Positions 12,444 to 24,860 of a stretch of 64,000 nucleotides of DNA are shown in pieces. The DNA comes from Octopus vulgaris. Lineage: Eukaryota. The position numbers and the translations under genes were made by a program. The first letter of the stretch is position 1. Every line of letters begins with the position of its first letter. The stretch is from positions 18,104,001 through 18,168,000 of the forward strand of contig OX597837.1 in NCBI GenBank assembly GCA_951406725.2, in the 5' to 3' direction. The notes under the pieces are model-generated. The model was given only the letters and a program-made list of their open reading frames with translations. It ran no database searches and was not told the origin of the DNA.

Positions 12444-13217
12444 GTAAGGAACAATATAGTTCAACTTGTTATTGTGTTAGGATTGATGTAAAGTTATATA
12501 TTTTAATGGAACTTTATTTAAATGGTTTGTGCGCGCGTATACATACACACATGTATATATTTGGGTGATTAAATGTTAAATGCTTCTATTGCTCTTCAGT
12601 AACTTCATATCACACACTTGTCGGTGCCTGAGGTTATCCTCTCCGAATGACTGTCCCAACAGTTTATCAGTATCTCTTTGTATGTTTTATGTAGGTGTGT
12701 GTGTGTATAGGTATGTGTTTTTATTGGTGTGTGAGCGTGCGAGACCAGGCTCCTCCTCACACTATTGCTTGTGACTGTAATCCTACGCAGTCATGTAAGT
12801 TACGAAGGTTAATATTTATTACTCCATCTTTCTGACATGCGTGTTGAATAGTGAGTGTTTATAGGTCTCTACAAATACTATTCTCTCTTCTACTTCGTAT
12901 TCCTCGTATTCGGTTAAATAGTCATTGACATGCGATGATCTTAGCTAATTGCTCACTTGAATGTGACCAGTGAAAACGCTCACAATCCCCAATCGCAAGT
13001 AGTTTGTCAATTAGGCAAAAAGTATTGAGGGGGAAAAAAACTCTAAAATTTGTCACTGATAAATTAAACGAATTGTTTTGTTAACTCAGGTGCTTATGCT
13101 ATTCACTGTTCAGCATTATATACACATTTGTTGATGCAAAGTTAACCTAGTTTATATTGTTTATGCTGCCATCATGTATAATGCAGCAGTAATATATATA
13201 TATATGATTAGATAAAG

Positions 13218-13350
13218 ATAGTTATGGCCGGTCTCAGGGGTTACCCAGGGTTTCACGTTCATGGAGCGCTTGCTTTACTGCGCTTCTTCAGGTTCTGGAG
13301 AGACGTTGGACGTGAAACCCTGGGTAACCCCTGAGACCGGCCATAACTAT
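13218..13350. repeat. 133-bp fold-back element with perfect 41-bp inverted arms
   Basis: 13218-13258 is the exact reverse complement of 13310-13350, with a 51-nt spacer. It is a GC-rich island in AT-rich surroundings. Confidence 0.95.
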
Positions 13351-14068
13351 TTCTATTTCATTCCTCTACTTTTCTGTAACTTAGAGTATGCTTCTCTTTC
13401 CAATTTACTGACGACACACACACACATAGGGGTAAACCATGTGCTTTCTCTACTTCAAGAATAGTGATAAATTTCTTCTTACATTTAAAGTCTTAGTTAA
13501 ACCGGTAACCGACCTAGTCATTGCGATGATCTTATGTATTTAAGATATGTCGTTGTTATACGTCACTCACATTCTGACCCAAATAATTCAGAACTGGTTA
13601 ACTTTACACCTACTTCATTGCTTAACTTTACAAGTTTTTTTTATTTCGTTTCTTCTATAACATTCTACACTACCATAACTACTGTTATTTACTTATAATA
13701 CCACCACCCCACTTTATCGGTAACATCTCTACTGTTCTCATATTAATACCAACACTAGTATTTATATAGCAATAATAAATCTCTGAACGAGTATTTATAT
13801 AGTTGTACCTCTATTATATACATCACTATCATCACGATTGGTGAAAACCAACCACCATGGTTTTTGAAATCCAACTTTAATTGCATCTTATTCACACAGA
13901 GAGAGTGCCGGTTAATTAATGTAATGTAGTGGAACATATATACTATTATACAGTAAAATTCTCTAGTGTATAATATTCACAGTAAATAGCAATTCTGTAT
14001 TTTTATATACTGCTTTATACTCACACATACAACATACCGGTAATATTTACAGTACGTATATACGAGTT

Positions 14069-14101
<33 letters not shown>

Positions 14102-15391
14102 GTACGTATAAATTTCTAAGCAACATACTATATGGAAGGTTCATATTAACAGGATATATATATATTTTGTTTACGTCCTACTGGCAGCCTTCAACCTTCC
14201 CATCCAAGTCTGTTTTTAACCCAGTATTTACATGCTTATTATTGATGGCTTTGTGTTCCCCCTCCCCATCGAAAGGAATTATATATAATATAAACCCAAA
14301 GGGATCTTTGTGAAAATGTAAATGATTAGGTGGGCTGGTCAGTGATCCTGCTTGTCACACACACACAAAGCAAATGACTCTCCAGACTGATAACAAACAA
14401 CTACCATAAATGTTGAGTGTGTAACATTATTACTGTAGTAGTAGTAGTAGTAGTAATATTACTGTCAACAGTGTAACGCTTTGGAGCTCGCTTCAGATAT
14501 CAGAAATGGCAGCTAATTCATTTTCAAACACTGAACTGTCTTGAAAAAGGAAAACACAAAATAGATAATGTGGTGCTAGATATTTCAAAATAGGTGATGG
14601 TCATGGCTGGGATACTTTTTTAAATTGTAGTTATACTCGATCAATATGCTTAGACATATTTAATTAGTTGGAGTGAACGGTTTTATTATTTTAGTTCTAC
14701 AGAATATTTCTAATATCTCTCAACGAGGACTTAATTTTGTTGTTGATTTCAGAGGGAATTTTGCAACCAGATATTACAAACATTTCGTCTTAAATACTGT
14801 GTAGTATATGTATGTATAAATACGTGTATCATTATATATATTACGCGGACAATACAAGTATGTATTATTTACATACATGCACACACGTATGTGTGTGTTA
14901 ATGTATATGAACAAATTGTAGTTTCTGTTTATTGAATGTTTAACCAATTTTTATTCGCTGTGTGCATCGTAAGGGAATCGCCATAAACTTTGCGAGTAAG
15001 GGTAAAATGTAATTGCTTGGTATTTTTTTTTTAGAAGCAACCTTTATTAAAAACTAATAAGAGAAAAAAAAATAATTGTTCTGTATGAAGAATCAGTTTG
15101 TTGTATATGGAAAAGGCTCTCCAAAAACGGAGTAGCAAACAAAAATACAAGAAGTTTCTATGTCTGTGTGTCGACAGCCATGTGTTGGCTCCATCATCAA
15201 TAATAATCTAGCACAGAATAGTTCACTGCTATTGCTTCTACCCATCGGAATTTCAGGTTGGTTAAATAAAGACCAGTTTTAAACCTGCTCCCTTCTAAGC
15301 TACTACAATTTTTTGGTTCTTAATGGCCTCCTACTTTCTGTATTCAAAACTTCTTTTTCAGCCCTAACCTCTGTACGGGTATGTTCTTGAC

Positions 15392-15424
<33 letters not shown>

Positions 15425-17363
15425 GCCACTGCTAATGTATATAAAGAGGCTTTAGTTTTTAATCTCATTTTGCCAATATAAGAAATTACTGTGGCCCTAT
15501 GTCTTTATCACACACACACACGTGTGTGTCTGTATGTATAGCTGCACACAAAAGTATACGACTATATATTAATATATATTATATGAGACATGTATATATG
15601 TGTATGTACAGCTAATGTGATATCCTTGACCCACTTACATAGATTCTATTTCAATATTCTACATTACTTCACTATTCTATGTTCAAATCCTATCAACAGG
15701 AGGCAATGGTAAATACTGGTTACATACAAGAATGGATACCACCTCCACAGCCATTGCCTTGTCAGTGCAAATATATGATGTGAATAATTGTTTCTTTTCT
15801 CTGTCACATTTACGTCTCTATAAGTTGTGTGTGGTTCCATTTCTAAGGTGTGTGATTTCTAAAGCCTCCCCCATCTATGTTACACATATTCTACCCCGCC
15901 CTATATACACAAATCTTTAAAGAAGGGTAAAAAAAAAAACCCTGAATTTTGTTGAACATGCAGTGAGATATGGGCGGCGTGCTGTTGTTTTATATTTACT
16001 GTTCAGTTATTTTGTAAAATTTATACACTTAAAGTCTTACTTTTTAACCACATATCTCCACTCACATAGTAGTAGTAGTAATAATAATATTAATATTACA
16101 TGGGTGGGGGAAACATGTCTTTCCTCAGATTTTGCTTTCGCATGCGTTTTTTCCCCCTCTTCTTTATATACACTGTTAACCCTTTAATTTTTGCTACTGT
16201 TGAAATTGTATATTTTATTACTTAAAAATAAAATCTTACCCATTCCTTTCCCTCTATAATCGTTCTATCAACATGAATATCTGTCAATTGCCCAGGTCAA
16301 CAAACAATTTATCAAACCTTGGTGTTAATGACAGGTTTGAAGCCTGACTACCGGATACAACCCGGTTTTGTTCCCAGTTGAAAGTATTCCTTTTCAGTTT
16401 TTATTACAATTTCCAAATACTCCTTTGTTTTGTGGTGTGTTGTCTCCTCCTATTATATATTGGAAAGACACTCCACTCTAATTTGGTTTCAATTCCAAGT
16501 CGCGGTTCATTCTCAGTAATTTTGAGAAGGGTTGAATAAATACAACAGTTTTTCTCATTGTTTTGGTAAATCTTAGGCAATGTGTCCATGTATGAAATTA
16601 ATTTTGACGATACTATCGATGGTTTTAACTAAATTTGTGGGTGGTGTTTCTCCGGTTGCTCTGGTTTCGGTTTGTCCAACAGTGACCATTCAGTTGTAGT
16701 TTCAGTTTTATCTCTATATATAATCAATGTTATGTTTCGTATTTCTCCATTAGCTTTTTGCATCTTTGCACAGAGTTAATTGTTCTTTGATGGACATTTG
16801 TGAAGTAATGCCTAACTTACTCCTTCATGTCAGTGAACGACTTAATTGACCACACTGTTTGGTCAGTCACTTTCCGAGATTTTCTCTTACATTGTGTTCA
16901 TTTGTATCTGTAAAGCTGGACAAACAACGTTAACCATAGCAGAATTGTACCAAATCTCCCGTCACATACATTACCAGACATGCCTAGTGTAAATGTTGTT
17001 TATGTGTCATTTTCACCTCACCCCCTGCTATTTCAGATTTCATTTCGCTTTGAAAAAAATTCCATCCCCCAAATGTAAATAGTCGATTTAATTTTTTTTT
17101 TATCTGTAAATATGATTTTGCGCATTCAAGTGTGTATTTGCCTTCAGTTTTTAATCTACCCTTGAGTTTCAATCACTCTTTTAGACATTCATTGTTGTAA
17201 CTCTGGAATAAAACTGAAACTTTATTAATAATCATTAATTTTTCTTCTCTTAGAATCGTTGTAAGGGAGATGTTATTTGAGAATGGATTTAAAATTTTTC
17301 CCAAATAAGGTGGTTAGGATTGCTGAAAAAGATTACACATGGTTTACATAGTAATTTGTGAAG

Positions 17364-18006
17364 CTAATGTAGTTTCGCACCTCTCCTTGAAAAATGCATT
17401 TAATATTTCGGAATCCTACGTTTTAGATGGAGATTGCGAATATGCCCCCCCCCCCCCCCCAATATTTTTTCCAGTTTCACCCCCACCCCTCCCAATTTAA
17501 ATTTTTGATTTCGTTTACTTTAAAGAAATCGTAGCGAATTGACGAACATGTGCAGATCGAAATTAAATACAGACAAAAACATTAAAGTGAAAAGAATTTG
17601 CGTTTTTAATCGTAAATAACTTTTTCCTCCATTTACTTATTTATGTTTCTCTATTTATCCCTGTCCGTTTATTCATAAGATATATTTGTCAACCAAAAGT
17701 AGCGGTCCCATAGAAGAGGACGCGTTACTGTTGTTTTTAGCCCCAGGAAGACATTCCTATCTATCTCTTTGTAACATAATATCTATAAGCTTATTGAATT
17801 TAAAATTTTGAAAACGTGGTTTCTTGCATATTCAGAATCTCCGTCATCTAAAAACATAAGGGGAAAAAAAGTTCAAAGTTTTAAATTTGGAGAGGTTTTT
17901 TTTTGCATATGTTCGTAATCTCCAACATCTAAAACGTAAGGAATACGAAATTTTTTTTCCAAAAAAATGCATTTTTCAAGGAGAGGTGCGAAACTGCATT
18001 AGTCCC
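17364..18006. mobile_element. MITE / non-autonomous DNA transposon (about 640 bp)
   Basis: TIR ctaatg(t/c)agtttcgcacctctccttgaaaaatgcattt at 17364-17401 pairs with 17965-18002 (one mismatch). Subterminal inverted similarity continues for about 80 bp. No ORF; superfamily not assigned. Confidence 0.85.
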
Positions 18007-18012
18007 TATATA

Positions 18013-18045
<33 letters not shown>

Positions 18046-20503
18046 TCATATTAGGCTGATTGTGTGTGTTTAGTCTGTGGCGGCTTCCCGCAGAAATATC
18101 GTTCATACATAAAAGTTGTTTGATAGAAAGAAGTCTCTTGTGGTCTTCACAATCATATATCGTACATTGGTGTTTGAATCAATACTGTATAATGGTGAAG
18201 AATCGTAAGTTAATCTGTCAGATAATTTTTTTTCAACACAAAACTAAACTTTGTCAACATCTTGATTAAGATGTTAAACATCTAAAAACATTATGTAACA
18301 AACCTCCACTGTTAGATTCGTAATCTATGTTTCGAGGTCCGTCTATTTTACTGTTAAAATTGTTGAGAAAGGCATCAGCATCACTCATTCTAATTTTCTT
18401 TTCTATTATCAATCTTAAACATTGTACCTCTGGCAAATAATCACCATGTGCGTGCGCGCAAAACACATGCTCTTTCTCTCACATGCACAAGTTTTAAAAT
18501 GCTACTGTTTATAACTATGTAAGAATTAATATATTTTTCAAATATCCCACTGTTATCATATTGAGTTTATTTGCAACTTATTGCTTTTTTAACTTTTCCA
18601 AGCGGCTTGCTAGTAGTTTATAGTATCAACAGAAGCTAAACTAGGTCACTGTAGTCTAAATTATTGGTTATCGGTGGCGTTTGTTGATCAATCAGAACTA
18701 GACCAGAAACATGGCATACAAAATAGATGATCATCACTTGCACACGTTATACAACACGCAGGATATGGCTGTTTTCTTTTTTCTTTTTAGTATTTCACTG
18801 TTAACATACAGCAATTAGTTTTGTTCCTCTGTGTCCTGAGTTCAAATCCCACTGGGGTTGAGTTTGCTTTTCAGGGGATTTTTAAAAGGTTAAAATTTAA
18901 ATGCTCATAACCTTTTACCCGATATATTAGTGTGCATGCGCGCGCCTGAATGTTGTAACATCTCTGCAAGCAATTATGACATGCTGGTGTTTCTTTAATA
19001 TACAACTGTTCTTGTGTTGGACCGTCTTCATTACCTCGTCGCAACATCCGGCCATTGCAACACAGTGTCTCGTAATGGAACCTATCTACTGTTACCTGGC
19101 CACCACCTCACACTGAAGTGTGTTTTTGCAACCAGCTGTGACATTCCTTATAAAGTGGTGATAACATATTGAATGGATGACCTAGAGCAACAGTGAGCTG
19201 GAAATTTCAACAGTATGTTTTCGCAATTCATATGCAAATATCTTCATCCAAATAATGTTTTGAACTACAAGCATAATTGATTTGCTTTTTAGAGTTGAAG
19301 GCCTTCTGAATAATACTTGAATCATCTTGGTTCGTTACTAGAAGCTGTTCTGTTAACTAAAGCAAGGATGGAAGACCAAAGTTGATTCTCCTCACCAGTA
19401 TCATGTAAACAGATAAAACTAAATATAGTAAAATAGCAATTAAGATATAAACCACTTATTCCTCTGTCAAACATTTTCTCTCTTACTCCCTCTTTATCTG
19501 AGACTACTAGTTTCATAGTTGGAAGTCACATTTGCTGTTCAATCCCAAACTTTCCCAGTGAAGTAGTGTAAAACCCGTGACCAGGATCTCTCCACAACAT
19601 TGATGGAGGCTATTATTTTTTGCTTTTATCAGCCTGTCACTAACTTACCATTTCATAGATACAGGTGGATTGGGGATTCCTGTCATTTGCCTGCAATCTT
19701 CAGTTGTTTGATCCATTGAAATGCTGTATAAATGGCTGAGTATTTCACACGTGAACCCTTCATGTAATTTTCAGGTTGAGTCTTTGAATTGCAAGTACAA
19801 ATCACCTGATGTTTCCATCTAATCAGTTTTACTCATGGGTCAAGCTGATGCTATAGGAAATGACAATTACTCGGGATACAATGCAGTGGGATTGAACTTG
19901 GCACCTCGTAGTTACAAAGCAAACTTTTTAACCATTCAGCTATTTTCTCTTCCTCTATCTCTATTAAGAAAAATCCCAGTAACTGATTCCACTAAGTAGT
20001 TCATGAATGCCACAACTTAGTGGTTTCCAATGTCTATAAACCTAAATCATCTATAAAAGAATTATAGGATTAAAACGGTTGTGTGTGTTCATAATGTTTA
20101 AAAATCTATTGAACTGTTGTTATTCTGGAGACTGCAACAATACTGGTGAGGGAAGAGTAGCAGGTTCAGCATATTTCCAGTGCTTTCTGTGGCATGTTGG
20201 AATAAATAATTTTGGTTTCTTATTTAAATCAAGTCAAAAAAACAGGTTGGGTGCTATTATTACTGTGTCATTAGTTGCTATGGTTTCTTTCTTTCCTTTA
20301 GCTGAGAATATTTCTTGAAGATGATAAAACGTCCTCAGTTCTGTATGTGGTTACAGGAGTGGACCAATAAGTCATTAATCATCACTTCAAATCTACTGTA
20401 AATATTTCTTCTGTCTTTGAGCTGGAAAGGAGGAATGACTGTTGGATTTTCTGGGAGTATTACTAGTGACAAGGAATAGTTTTGTCTGTTTAATTGTATA
20501 GAG

Positions 20504-20748
20504 CAGTGTTTCTCAACCGGGGTTCCTCGGAACCCTAGGGTTCTGCAAAAGGTTCCTAGGGGTTCTGTGAGAATGAGTGAGATAAGCTAATGCTAATTTC
20601 ATGATATATATATGATATTTACCACGTGAACTATGATGAAAAAAATATGAGAAAGATATGGTATATAATTTTTTTTTGTGCAGGGATTTTTTGAGACATG
20701 TAATATATTTTAAGGGTTATGCAAGGGTAAAAAGGTTGAGAAATACTG
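20504..20748. mobile_element. hAT (Charlie-like) MITE
   Basis: Termini CAGTGTTTCTCAACC...GGTTGAGAAATACTG and internal GGTTCC/GGAACC repeats typical of Charlie-type elements. The 8-bp TSD is not preserved. Confidence 0.8.
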
Positions 20749-22962
20749 CAGAAGCTGGAGCCATTTTTCATGTTTTTAGATAGCCTGTAATCTGTTGAGA
20801 ATTATCAGCATTCATGTAAAATGTGATGATTCCAACCGTACATCTTACTTCTTACTAAGATGTATGGTTGTATGGCCTTAATATTTCGTCAAATTCTTTC
20901 TTGGTTTGTTCTATTTCCTTATTTCAAGAGTAGTTTCTGTTGTTCAAGAGCGTATTGAATAGAATTGATTGTTAAACCAATGGAAGTTGCTGATGTTATG
21001 TAGTAAATCATAAAGTGGCTCGTTGCCTTCTGTAGCTACTATGACTTCACCAACACCACCTCTATCATCTGATATTTCCTCCTCCACTCCCAGATTACAC
21101 TCTCTGAATCATTGTTCCAATTGCATTGTTCACACACACATACAAATATTAGTAGGGGAGGAATGATATACTACAGAGATCAAGAACTTCCAGAGACTTA
21201 ATTTCATAATAAACTCCAATATACAAAAAAAATCCACTCTAAATAATCTCCACATAATGGAACACTTTTATACACACACACACACAAAAATGGGATGGTT
21301 TTTTTTTTTTTTTTTGCTCTGCTACAGTTATGTGAGCATCATTGGTATCAACTGTGATATTGTCCTCAGCTCTTCATAGTGTCTGAAAAAGGAAATAAGT
21401 CATGTAAACTAATCATTCTTCTTTGAAAACAAAAGTCCCTTAAAATGATGGCAATGTATTACAATTTATTTGTAAAATAATTAAAAGAAAGTTTTCTTAA
21501 TAAATACTTTAAAAAGAACCTAAAATACCAAGTCAAAGAGAAAAGTTTGCTTTTGTGAAAGCTTATGAAAACCAATAGAATGTGATGTAGGATTGAAATT
21601 GAAGGTTTCCTTGTTCAAAAACTTTTTTAAAATAATGTTATGGAACTGTGGCTGGTTGTAAAATCTTTCTTATAGTCTTCTTGCTGTCCATTTTGTCAAA
21701 AGAGATTCAATAATTGGAAAGCTTTCTATTTTCTAGTCCATATATGAGTAATTGGAATGACAGAAGTGCAGAAAAAGTTGTGTAGCTCCTGGTCAATCAT
21801 GATTGAATAATGATAAAAAATGTTCATGTCATGACCATCCTTGTTTTTTGTCTTTTTAATGTTTTTAAAGATAGTATGATGAAAGAAATTAGCTATTAAT
21901 TTTAGCAGGTTAGAGATTCCTAAAAGTGTGTAGATGTAATACTGAATAAATTTAGGGAAGAAAGAAATGTTATTGCACTAATCTTTGATGTTCATAAATG
22001 GCAAGTATGGAAGAGTAGAGAATGCTCTGAAAGTAATAAAACCTGTTGTAATTTTCATAAAGAAATATTGAGATTAGAACCAGTGCTGGAATATTTGATT
22101 TTGCTCTTAGTGGTGGTAACATGGAAGTACTCCTGTTTGGAAATATACTAGCTTCTGTCAACTGCTGCAGGAATAGTGTAATTGATAAATTATAGATTCA
22201 TCGTTTGTAAATGCCATTTAGTCCTTTCCTTATCTTGGAGTTAAAAAGAACATTGCTGGCTGTTTTTTAGTTTTTGAAAAAAAAAAAAATTTAGTTTTCA
22301 ATTTGCTGTTACATTTCAGACAAAATGTATTGGGATTATCACTGAATTGTTTTATGACATGCTCTTCCTGTCAACCCTTACTTGTTTTCCAAATGTTAGG
22401 TGTCTTATTCCACAGCTTCAAAAGCACAAAGCTAGTAGGTGATATATTGACTGAAGAAATACTAACAGAACATGTAAATGTGGCTTTTGAATAAGCAAGT
22501 GTCTGATGTAAACACACACACACACACACACATAAATTAGAGATAAAACCACTATTATGCAACTCAGTGATAAACATAAAAAACCAAAATATAAATAAAT
22601 TGAATACTAAATTGAATTTTTCCCTTAAGTTTGGAGTTATACTCCCTATTATTATTATATATATATATATATGATGGTCCTTTCTTTTAGTTTTCAATTA
22701 CCAAATCCACTCACAAGGCTTTGGTTGACCTGGAGCTACAGTAGAAGCCATTTGTCCAGTGGGAACCCGAAACCATGTAGTTAGGAAGCAAATTTCTTAA
22801 TCACGTAGCCATATCTTGTGTGACTCTGTTCAGTGTAACAGCAGTCAATTTTAATCAACTAAATTTTACTAGTTACCCAAAACACAAATTTTTTTTTTAG
22901 TTTGAATTTATTTAGATTTAGCTAGTTTGATCCACTGATAACTGTTTTCAGTCTGATAACCA

Positions 22963-23105
22963 TTTAAATCTTTAAATTGTTTCAGCTTCAAAGCTGCAGT
23001 CATGCTGGGGCACTACCGTTGACTATGCTACACCTCTGATATGTGGCATTTGGTGAATGAGGGAATTTGATGCTACTGCCCTCATCTGTGTTTCCTGCTG
23101 GCAAC
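22963..23105 (-). mobile_element. Extreme 3' end of CR1-group LINE
   Basis: Aligns by eye with 32383-32540 (tgtttcagc...catgctggggcac...cctctgatatgtggca...catctgtgt). Confidence 0.8.
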
Positions 23106-24752
23106 AGTTGTAGATATTGCATTTAATAATTTGTTAATTAGTACGCACAACAGTACATTCCTGTCTAGTGTAACACTTTTCATATCAACAACATGAGGAA
23201 CATGAGTTATGCAAAACTAGCCATTTTAAAAAGCTCTTATTGAGACATTTTGTTTGATTCATTTTAATAATGAAAAAGTTATTTTAACAAATCCCTCCAA
23301 ATTCTTGATCCAAAAGTGATGGTTATTCAGTAGGAGTTAAAACTATTATATCCATCCATTAAATTAGGGTTGTTTGCAAAAAAAGTAGGTTGGTTACTGA
23401 CCATTTTGAAACCATCTTCCATAAAACCTGATGTTAAAATGATCAATATTTGTATTCTTGGTTTTTACAAGTGCAAGATAGTATTCATGGCATTCTCTCA
23501 AATTCAACTATTTTAATTTAAAATTTGTTACCACACTAAATGATTACATACTTAAGTAACATTCACCTTTATTTACAAATGTTTGTTGTTAAACATTGAA
23601 GTCAAGAATAAATACATGTAGCCCAATTACAACATAGCTAAACAAAATTTTTTTCTTAAATTACAAGTTTTCGTAGAACAAGTGAGAAAAAAGTCTAGTC
23701 TTTAAACTATTCCTTAACTGACCTTTCAAATGCTTTGTGTGTCTTTAAGATGATAGTGATTATATGTAGAGAACAAAAATACATGTTAGGAATTTGAAAT
23801 TGGCAGTTGATGTTTTCCAAAGACTGTAGAACTGGAGGAAAAATGATTTAATGACATTTGTATATTTAATTAAATTTTTCATGAACCAGCCTCTAAACCA
23901 ATTTTCAACATTTGTCTGTTGCTGCAGCACTGGAATTTAAAAAAGAAACTTGTAGATTTCTATGTCTTCCCTAAGGCTACTATATAGAGCCAACAACAAT
24001 GTTCACTTGTAAGTGGGCATACTTTATATTTTAGACAATGTGCACATTTACTTGTTGAATTATTTTGCTCTTTACTGTTTTTACTTGTTTTACATGCTAA
24101 GATGGGTAGTTTTTAGAACTGATTTTCAATTGCTATACCAATTATTTGAATGAGAACTGTTAATGTGCCAGAGAAACTGAGGTGAGCAGAATAATGAGCT
24201 TTGTATTTATTTGTAACACATTGTTTTACAAGTTGGGAGTTGTAACACAAGGAATATAGTCAGTAGTCATTTGTCAGGGGAGAAGTTGCCAAAAAGGTGA
24301 GGATATATAATTTGTGGTTATGGCTATTAACAGGAATCCTAATTCTGTGGAATAGTTTTGGAGAAGAGATCACATCAGGAGTGAAAGACCTCGTCAAAAG
24401 TTCATTTGCTGTCACATTTTACTTTTGTTGCTAAACATCACTTCTGTTTGTTGCTGAATCATCATTAAAAAGAAGTTTCTATCATTAGTGAAGAGATTTC
24501 AGTAATTGATGGAACAAATTAAAGGAAAGTTGAAATTTAATCATCCAAACCATTGAAGAGAATATAAAAAAATGTTGGGCAAGCAGCCAATTTTGATCTG
24601 TTAGTGTTTTACAGAGAGAGAAAATGCAATATTTTTGTGTTCTATTTTGTTTTGGTTTTTCTTTAAAGCCAGCTGTTTGATAACTTAGTGACATATTTCT
24701 TATGTAATCTCACTCTCCTATCTAGGTCAAAACTAGAATATAATTTGCCTGA

Positions 24753-24860
24753 TAGCCATTTTCTATTTTTTTGTAGTTTCACACAAAACACTTAAAAAGA
24801 GTCCTTTAGCCATTTTTTATTTTACTGTAGTCTCGCACAAGACACTTAAAAAGGGTTCTC
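24753..24860. repeat. Diverged 54-bp tandem duplication (2 copies)
   Basis: The unit tagccatttt...tgtagt...cacaa.acacttaaaaag starts at 24753 and again at 24807. Confidence 0.75.
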
